Positions 58,253-64,000 of a stretch of 64,000 nt of DNA are shown here, piece by piece. Under the pieces are notes generated by a model, which saw only the letters and a list, made by a program, of their open reading frames with translations, made no database searches and was not told the DNA's origin. The stretch's first letter is position 1. Each line of letters begins with the position of its first letter. This stretch comes from a virus. Lineage: Duplodnaviria; Caudoviricetes. The stretch spans positions 1-64,000 of the IMG/VR virus record IMGVR_UViG_3300020048_000088. One strand, written 5' to 3'. A program made the translations under genes and the position numbers.

Positions 58253-59406
58253 TCATTGCGCCGGCGTTGGGCATCCCGGTCGACTTCGCGATGGCGCTCA
58301 GCCTTGGCCTCAGTCGCCGCGATCTGGGCATTGAGGGCAAGCTCTGCACCTGCTAGGGACGAGCGGCATCGAACCTGCTTCACAATCCGGCGCCCATGCT
58401 GCTCGAACGCGGTTCTGGCCTCGGTCAGCTTGGCAACAAGCAGTCCGTACTCAGGCTCGGGGCAAACCCTGATTCGGGACTGTGCCTCAAGCATTGCTTT
58501 GTACAGGGCGTCGTGATTGGCCTCGAAATCGGGTTCGGCGGCTATCTGCAAGGCCCGGATTTCGCGGGCCTCATCGCTCTGAGGTAGTCGTTGTGCGCTC
58601 ATATTGAGTCTTCTCCAATGAAAATGCCTAAGTCGAACCCCTCAAGCGCTCTTGCAAGCGCAGGTTGGCAGACGCTTCACTCAGCGCAGGGGTTCGGCTT
58701 AGGCACAGTGAAAGTCCCTGCCAAGGGACGGAAATCCAAAGATAGCACTATTCCGAATTGGATTCGGAATCGCTGAGGCAAGTGAGTCTCAAGGGTAGGC
58801 CCAAAAATGCAAATGCACCTAAGTAAGAAAAGGATAGTTATATTTAAATAATTAACTATTCTTACCTTATTGGGTTTCTCTAGCATCACTTTGGGGGAGG
58901 GGGGGTGTAGAGGTGCTTCTGCACTGATTTGAAGAAATCCTTGAAATCCTCAGGATTCCTACTGAAACTCAAAGTGAATTCCAAAATCACCTCTACAGGA
59001 GGGGTGGTATAAATCGCACTAGAGAACCTTGATTTGCCCCTAAACCTCAAAAACGCCCTAAAAAGTGCCCTTTTCGCCCAAAAGTGCAATCACGCCTTGA
59101 AGACTTGCGCAAAATTGCGTTTTGCACGGTACTCGGCCCGTCCAAGGCTTGGTTCGGGAGCTGGTTCGACTGTGAAGTCAGACAGGCATTCGTACGTGCT
59201 GAGGTCGATCACGCGGCCTGACTTGCGACGGGCTGCCCGGTCGGCGGTGTACAGGTTCTTGGTGGGCGCGCCAGATCGGGTGAATGTGCGGTTGCCATAG
59301 TCGTCAGCGACTGGCTCCATGACTGCGTAGAGACTCATCTCGTACTCCAAATTCACTGCGAAATTGCAGTCCGAATCCCACTTGAGAATGGGATTCAGAC
59401 TCGAAT

Positions 59407-59595
59407 TTAGCGGTCGAACTCGTCTGCCAAGGTGGCGGCGGCGTAGCCCAGAGCGGTCAGAAGTCCCACACCGATGGCGCTGAGGGCGGGGTGCAAACCC
59501 TGACCCGAGCCGTAGACGTAGTCAATGCCGAGCCAGGCCATTGGAAACATGCCCAAGAGGGCAACGAGGGCAGTTGCCCACATAAGTATTTTCAT
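59407..59595 (-). CDS. Small two-TM membrane protein
   Basis: Two hydrophobic helices; RBS with hairpin element. Confidence 0.6.
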   Translation of the reverse strand: MKILMWATALVALLGMFPMAWLGIDYVYGSGQGLHPALSAIGVGLLTALGYAAATLADEFDR

Positions 59596-59742
59596 TTTGA
59601 ACTCCGAATTGATCCCAGATTGGGATCGGGTTTGTGCTTAAAATTTAAGCAAAAATTTCAAATTAGGGCCGTTTTTGGGAAACTTTTCAGTATTATGTTA
59701 AGTTAAATATCGAATCAGCCCTGGCCCCAACAAGGTCGGCGC

Positions 59743-60270
59743 TTAGGTCATGGCCAACTTTTCAACCCCAACAACGACAGCGAACTCGCCATGGTTCTCG
59801 ACTGCGAACCGGTTGTAGGCATCCCCAGCGTCCTTGATTGAGTCGAAAAACCCAATGTGAACCGTAACGTTGTTGAGGCTGGCACTGGCCCGCCATTTAC
59901 CATGGGCGGGGGACCAGAAAACACCCTTGACACCGGACTTACTCCTGCGTGAAACACCTTGGTTACGGCGGTTCTCCTGCCTTGTGGCCTCAACAAGGTT
60001 AAGCAAAGCGTTGTTGGACTTGATTCTGTCCTTGTGATCGAGTTCCAGTTTCGGCCACACGCCATGAACGTAGAACCAGGCCAACCTGTGCGCTTTGTAT
60101 TTGACTCTGCCAATGTTTATCACGACGTACCCTTTCGGGTCAGTGAAGCCAGCCACATCTCCAGCTTTAACTCGGTAACTGCGTGGAGCAATCCACGTGA
60201 AAACTCCGCTGGTTTCGTTGTAATGCAGGAGTTGCTTTAGCAACTCGTTTGTAAGCTCATATCTGGTCAT
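59743..60270 (-). CDS. HNH-AP2 homing endonuclease
   Basis: AHRLAWFYVHG.WP...DH.DR..SNN...NL, then SG.KGV.W....KW.A......HIG.F.....A..AY (AP2). Confidence 0.92.
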   Translation of the reverse strand: MTRYELTNELLKQLLHYNETSGVFTWIAPRSYRVKAGDVAGFTDPKGYVVINIGRVKYKAHRLAWFYVHGVWPKLELDHKDRIKSNNALLNLVEATRQENRRNQGVSRRSKSGVKGVFWSPAHGKWRASASLNNVTVHIGFFDSIKDAGDAYNRFAVENHGEFAVVVGVEKLAMT

Positions 60271-61013
60271 TTTTGACTCTCCTTATGGGTGCAATTCACC
60301 CCCAATACTGACAGGGTCTAATGTCCGTGGTCAATCGCCAGGGAGCTATCAGTATTGGGGGTGGCCCGCTTGCGCAGGCCGGTGCTGGTTACGTCGATCC
60401 AGCTTCATGTCGAACGTGGTGTCCGAATGGTTACGGACTTGACAATGAATTGCTCGGGCAATCGAACCCGCCAACATTCAGGACGTGGTCTATCCTGCTG
60501 CGATCCTTGAAGCAGCTATCACCCCCAACATTGACGTTGTTGGGGCTTACGTGGTGCGATAACGGGCGCACCCCCGACAAGTTATTGAGCCGCTTACCCG
60601 AACGATTTACCAGCGTCCCCACTGTGCACACAGACCTATGGCAGGTTACGACCAGCTGTGGAGGGAAGGGGGATAGATATGGAACGTGATTGCTCACGGG
60701 CATCCTTGCGGATGCTTTAGTTGTCGTTGGGATAGTAGACACTCGCCAGCCCCGGCAGTTAGCCGGAACGGGGGTCTCGAACTTGTACGATTGGCCACCC
60801 AGCACGCGGAATCCCGGCGTACTCAATGGCCCCGTTTTGGCAAAATGCTATAGGAACACCCCACTCACGGCGGTGTTTATGGCGCACTGTGCCAAATACG
60901 GTTACACCCAAGCCGCCAGGCGCGATCACCGTGATTAGACGGAGTTATGGCGTGAGGCTTGAGTGAGAATTTAAATTGTGGAATTGACTACCGCCCCAAA
61001 AACGGTTACGCCG

Positions 61014-61236
61014 CCGCGCCGACTATCGGCGGGGCGCTTATGCGTGAAACCCGCGCCGACTATCGGCGGGGGTTACAGTTGCGGGGGTTTCGTTGCCGCG
61101 CCGACAGTGTATCGGCGGCGGGTAAAATGCCGCGCCGCGCCGCCAGTGTATCGGCGGGGGCGGCGGCAAAATCAAAGCGGATAAATGAAATTTCAAGGGA
61201 TAGCGCGAAACCCGCACCGACTATCGGCGGGGGTTT
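61014..61236. repeat. Five copies of a self-complementary CCGC(G)CCG..TATCGGCGG repeat
   Basis: Copies at about 61014, 61051, 61096, 61135 and 61211. Confidence 0.85.
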
Positions 61237-61318
61237 TAGCGTATCCGTTGCCCCATGTAATCACGGGGCGGCGGCGGCTTTTGCGGCGGCGGCGGGGGCG
61301 GCCATGTTGCAGCAAAGC

Positions 61319-61356
61319 GGCGGCATTTATAAGGGTTATCCCTTATAAATGCCGCC
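61319..61356. repeat. 17-bp perfect inverted repeat with 4-nt spacer
   Basis: GGCGGCATTTATAAGGG-TTAT-CCCTTATAAATGCCGCC. Confidence 0.95.
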
Positions 61357-61382
61357 CCATAACGGGGCGGCGGGGGCGGGGG

Positions 61383-62357
61383 TTAAACCGTTGCGGCGGC
61401 TTTTGCGGCGGCTTTTGCTTTTGCCGCTTTGCTTATCACGTTACGGGCGGCGGCTTTTGCTTCGGCGGCATATGCGGCGGCTTCGGTATCGGTAACCGTT
61501 GCGGCGGCTTCGGTACGGGCGGCGGCGGCTTCGGCGGCTTCGGCTTCGGCTTTTGCTTTATCGGTTACCCGTTGCCCTTGCATAATGGCGGCGGCGGCAA
61601 TGACCCCCGCCACAATAGCGGGGTTACGCTCAAAAGCGGCGGCAAGCATATCTGCAACGGCGGCGGCGGCTTCGGCGGGGGCGGGGGCGGCGGCGGCTAC
61701 TTCGGCGGCGGCTTTTGCAAGGGCGGCAACGGCGGCGGCAACGGGGGATAACCCGCCCGTTGCGGCTTCGGCGGCTTCGGCTTCGCTGGCGGGGGCGGCT
61801 TCGGCGGCTTCGGCTTCGGCTTTTGCGGCTTTTGCTTCGGCGGCTTTTGCCTTACGCTCAAGGGCGGCGGCTTCGGCGGCGGCGGCTTCGGTAACCGTTG
61901 CAACGGCGGCGGCTTCGCAAAATGCCGCAATGGCGGCGGCTTCGGCGGCGGCGGCTTCGGTTTTGCCGCCCCGCTTTGCGATACCCTTACGAGTATCCGA
62001 TACCCGCCCCGCATAGTATGCAAGGGCGGGGGCGGCGGCAATGGCGGCGGCAAAAGCGGCGGCAACGATACGGGCGGCGGCGGCTTGTTTCCCCGTTGCA
62101 GGGAAACCATGTACGGCGGCGGCGGCTATTTCAAGCGGCGGCATATTGCCGCTTTCAATGGCAAGATATACCCCGCGCCCCGTTGCAAGGGCGGCGGCTT
62201 CGGTACGGGCGGCGGCATTACCCGCCATTGTCTCAAGGGCGGCGGCAATGAAGCGTTTAGGGGCGGCTTCGGTACGGGCGGCGGCTTTTGCGGCTTCGGC
62301 GGCGGCAATGGCGGCGGGGGTTGCAAGGGCAACGGCGGGGGCGGCGGGGGTTTTCAT
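61383..62357 (-). CDS. Ala-rich low-complexity protein, first gene of the leftward unit
   Basis: AGGA RBS before MKTPAA; open for 324 codons; EAAAA/EAKA repeats. Confidence 0.65.
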   Translation of the reverse strand: MKTPAAPAVALATPAAIAAAEAAKAAARTEAAPKRFIAAALETMAGNAAARTEAAALATGRGVYLAIESGNMPPLEIAAAAVHGFPATGKQAAAARIVAAAFAAAIAAAPALAYYAGRVSDTRKGIAKRGGKTEAAAAEAAAIAAFCEAAAVATVTEAAAAEAAALERKAKAAEAKAAKAEAEAAEAAPASEAEAAEAATGGLSPVAAAVAALAKAAAEVAAAAPAPAEAAAAVADMLAAAFERNPAIVAGVIAAAAIMQGQRVTDKAKAEAEAAEAAAARTEAAATVTDTEAAAYAAEAKAAARNVISKAAKAKAAAKAAATV

Positions 62358-62439
62358 GGCAGTGTTTCCTATATGTTCTATCACCTACGCAAAACGCGCA
62401 CCCATAACGCGAGAAGCCGCGCAAAGGGGGGAAGGGGAA

Positions 62440-62654
62440 ATTTTGAACATAAGATAATGTAGCATAGTTATTTAATGAACTATTGCGTTAGATCAACAAA
62501 ATAAAAGTTATTTAACTTTATTTTATGTCAAAACTATGTTAGTAAAATTGACGTATACCCATTTTCCGAAGGAATTTTTTGACCTGGGTTCCAGGTAGCC
62601 CCAAACAAAATTCAAATTTTCAAAACTTTTCTATCACTGTGTTATACTAAAGGT
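62440..62654. promoter_or_regulatory. AT-rich divergent promoter / operator region
   Basis: Leftward extended -10 TG-c-TACATT (62456-62464). Rightward TG-t-TATACT (62640-62648). Inverted repeats ATAGTT..AACTAT (62464-62483) and AAAGTTA-TT-TAACTTT (62504-62519). Confidence 0.6.
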
Positions 62655-63125
62655 ATGAAACTTAACACAGCTATTACAAAAGTCCTCACCAAGGAGTTGG
62701 TTGAGCCCCACGTCGACGATCTCCGCGAGGGCCGGGTCACCCAGCGAGCACTGGCAGAGAGGTTCGGGGTCAGTCAGGGCGCTCTCAGCCTGTTCCTGAG
62801 CCGGCACAATTACCTCGAGGGGTTCACTCACGGTAGAGGCGGACGGCACCCCACCAGCACTCCCGAAATGGCCAAGGCTGTTGAGCTGGCCTCCCAGCCC
62901 AACGCGAACATTGCCAAGATCGCGCGTGATCACGGGCTGGACTATCTGGCAGTGCAGCGCAGAGTTAAGAAGCGGGAGGTCAAGGCCGCGCGGGAGGCCA
63001 AACCAACGCCTGCAGCGCCGCCACCTACACCTGCAAACCTCGATGAAACGCTGCTGCTGTGCATCATCGCGGAGCCCCATCGGTTGGCCCGAGCCGCAGC
63101 CGTACTGAGGGCAGCTGGCATCTAA
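62655..63125 (+). CDS. HTH transcriptional regulator (repressor candidate) with two HTH-like segments
   Basis: TQRALAERFGVSQGALSLFL and NIAKIARDHGLDYLAVQRRV; divergent from the early operon. Confidence 0.65.
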   Translation: MKLNTAITKVLTKELVEPHVDDLREGRVTQRALAERFGVSQGALSLFLSRHNYLEGFTHGRGGRHPTSTPEMAKAVELASQPNANIAKIARDHGLDYLAVQRRVKKREVKAAREAKPTPAAPPPTPANLDETLLLCIIAEPHRLARAAAVLRAAGI

Positions 63126-63161
63126 ACCCAAACAACAACAAGACTCCGGAAAGGGGCGCAA

Positions 63162-63506
63162 ATGGGAACAAGAAACAAGGTCTACAGAGCCACGAGGATC
63201 ACCTCAACACCGTCGTGGTCCGACGAGACCGCCATCGCCAAGGTCTACGCCACCGCCAGCCGCATCAAGCTGCAGGCAGGCATCAACGTCGCCGTAGACC
63301 ATGTGTACCCGCTGGGCGGTGACACAGTCAGCGGGCTGCACGTCCCGGGCAATCTCCAGATACTCACCATTCGTGAGAACTGCCGCAAGGGGCGCCGGCT
63401 GCCCGGCAGCCGCAAGGCCGAACTGTGGGACACGACAACGGCGTGGGTGCCCACGACCGAGCGAGACCCGAACGAGATGATCCTGAGAGGAATGCTCAAC
63501 ACTTGA
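63162..63506 (+). CDS. HNH endonuclease
   Basis: VDHVYPL.G..VSGLHVPGNLQILT..EN.RKG. Confidence 0.8.
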   Translation: MGTRNKVYRATRITSTPSWSDETAIAKVYATASRIKLQAGINVAVDHVYPLGGDTVSGLHVPGNLQILTIRENCRKGRRLPGSRKAELWDTTTAWVPTTERDPNEMILRGMLNT

Positions 63507-63567
63507 CCCCCGCACCCCTATGTAGCTATCCTTGTCGCCCATAACTAGAGTCGTAAAGACCACCCCT

Positions 63568-63858
63568 ATGAAACACAAATTCCAAGACCCATACTTCGAG
63601 CAGCTCGCCAAGAGACTTGTCACGCTCGACACTGCGGCCAAGCCGCGCCCCAAGTTCCAGACGATCAAGGCGTTCTTCGGAGACAACGGCATAGACCTTG
63701 ACAAGTCGGCCCGAGAAATCCTTGTGGACCTCGCGCACCGCGAGGCAACGCGCCGTGGCCTGCCGGAAGCCACCAACGGCAAGAAGGTTGTCTTTCACCC
63801 AGTGGTTCTGAAGCAACTGCTGAGCTTGGTGACGCCTGAGCGCAGCGCTCGTGTTTAA
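63568..63858 (+). CDS. Hypothetical protein
   Basis: ATG at 63568; phage-like codon usage. Confidence 0.55.
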   Translation: MKHKFQDPYFEQLAKRLVTLDTAAKPRPKFQTIKAFFGDNGIDLDKSAREILVDLAHREATRRGLPEATNGKKVVFHPVVLKQLLSLVTPERSARV

Positions 63859-64000
63859 TCCCAACGTCGAGGACGTCTTCGCCAAAGACAAGGCGAAGCC
63901 CGCACCAACGCCACAAGGCTCACTTGAAAACATGCCTGTGGATCAGCTGCTGGAGTTGAGGCGCCAGATCGAGGCGCTGCTGCCGGTCAAGGACATCAAG
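63851..64000 (+). CDS. Hypothetical protein, 3' truncated (possibly small terminase-like)
   Basis: GTG overlapping the upstream ORF; VFNPNVED...LLELRRQIEALLPVKDIK runs off the window. Confidence 0.4.
   Translation, partial: MFNPNVEDVFAKDKAKPAPTPQGSLENMPVDQLLELRRQIEALLPVKDIK

Larger units (their letters stand above)
38761..59595 (-). other. Array of roughly 60 small, tightly coupled early/accessory ORFs (mostly 50-230 aa, many acidic)
   Basis: Continuous minus-strand ORFs with GGAG RBSs or ATGA/GTGA overlaps, e.g. 38761-39090, 39087-39410, 40483-40698, 40691-40879, 40860-41072, 41069-41371, 41520-41852, 41845-42306, 42530-42676, 42673-42900, 42903-43127, 44225-44422, 44419-44697, 44694-44912, 44909-45592, 45589-45837, 45834-46274, 46462-46656, 46653-46814, 46996-47388, 47425-47712, 47723-47929, 49040-49324, 49334-49741, 50499-51005, 51002-51247, 51307-51552, 51549-51764, 51761-51988, 51985-52347, 52344-52499, 54298-54564, 54760-55056, 55066-55293, 55381-55680, 55677-55901, 55988-56233, 56246-56500, 57044-57346, 58249-58602 and 59090-59338. 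Confidence 0.8.
38731..60301 (-). promoter_or_regulatory. Dispersed intergenic hairpin+RBS element (about 15 copies)
   Basis: Copies near 38731, 40184, 41374, 43645, 47391, 48580, 51250, 52502, 55298, 55904, 56953, 57350, 59344, 59598 and 60274. Each has a 4-9 bp stem, a mostly U-rich loop and then (U)UUGGAG or a close variant before a start codon. Confidence 0.8.

Noticed and set aside
38731-60301. Hairpin elements as integron attC sites (AAC...GTT ends), including GTTAGGC near 41448-41454
   Set aside because: At about 30-40 bp they are shorter than known attC sites and lack clear L boxes with extrahelical bases. The integrase is a tRNA-targeting phage type with no evident IntI-specific insertion.
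61014-61236. CRISPR array
   Set aside because: Repeat and spacer lengths are irregular, units are short and degenerate, and no cas genes are present. The early-region hairpins also differ in sequence and are separated by whole genes.
61319-61356. Protelomerase (telRL) target
   Set aside because: The centre (TTAT) is not palindromic, no protelomerase gene is visible, and the phage has a tRNA-integrating system.
61185-62462. Gly-rich, Pro-rich and Ala/Ser-rich ORFs on other frames over the Ala-rich gene
   Set aside because: They are shadow frames of GCC/GGC repeats and lack RBSs. Only the minus-strand Ala-rich frame has a start context and follows operon direction.
62505-62533. dif-like XerCD site (TTATGTCAAAA; also TTATGTTAAGT at 59693)
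   Set aside because: Only a XerD-like half matches. No properly spaced XerC arm is present, and both lie in AT-rich promoter DNA where chance matches are likely.

Overview
This window is part of a temperate tailed-phage genome in its non-integrated form. The host is probably a betaproteobacterium (inference). From left to right: (1) the end of a rightward structural operon, with the tape-measure C-terminus, a first tail/fibre module, a lysis cassette and a second fibre module (1-13.85 kb); (2) an intact attP carrying the 3' half of tRNA-Val(TAC), followed by a tyrosine integrase and a convergent Xis-like gene (13.9-15.5 kb); (3) a leftward replication, recombination and nucleotide-metabolism block (RdgC, SbcCD/Mre11-Rad50, ThyA, RecU-like resolvase, HNH, C5 methyltransferase, PolA, TraR, DUF5664, MazG, ExoX, primase-helicase, SNF2, ATP-dependent ligase; 15.5-38.7 kb); (4) a ~21 kb leftward array of roughly 60 small early ORFs (38.7-60.3 kb); (5) a hairpin- and repeat-rich non-coding kilobase, an Ala-rich gene, an AT-rich divergent control region and a rightward HTH repressor-like gene (60.3-64 kb). 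The most striking observations are these. About 15 intergenic elements of the form variable-stem hairpin plus U-rich loop plus UUUGGAG ribosome-binding site punctuate the early array, and three of them share a three-hairpin fold with compensatory base changes. The cytosine methyltransferase has its missing motif IX encoded in an overlapping reading frame. The repressor-like gene appears to be leaderless. Consecutive fibre genes show a DGG-tail / K,R-head pattern. All family assignments come from motif recognition by eye; no database searches were run.
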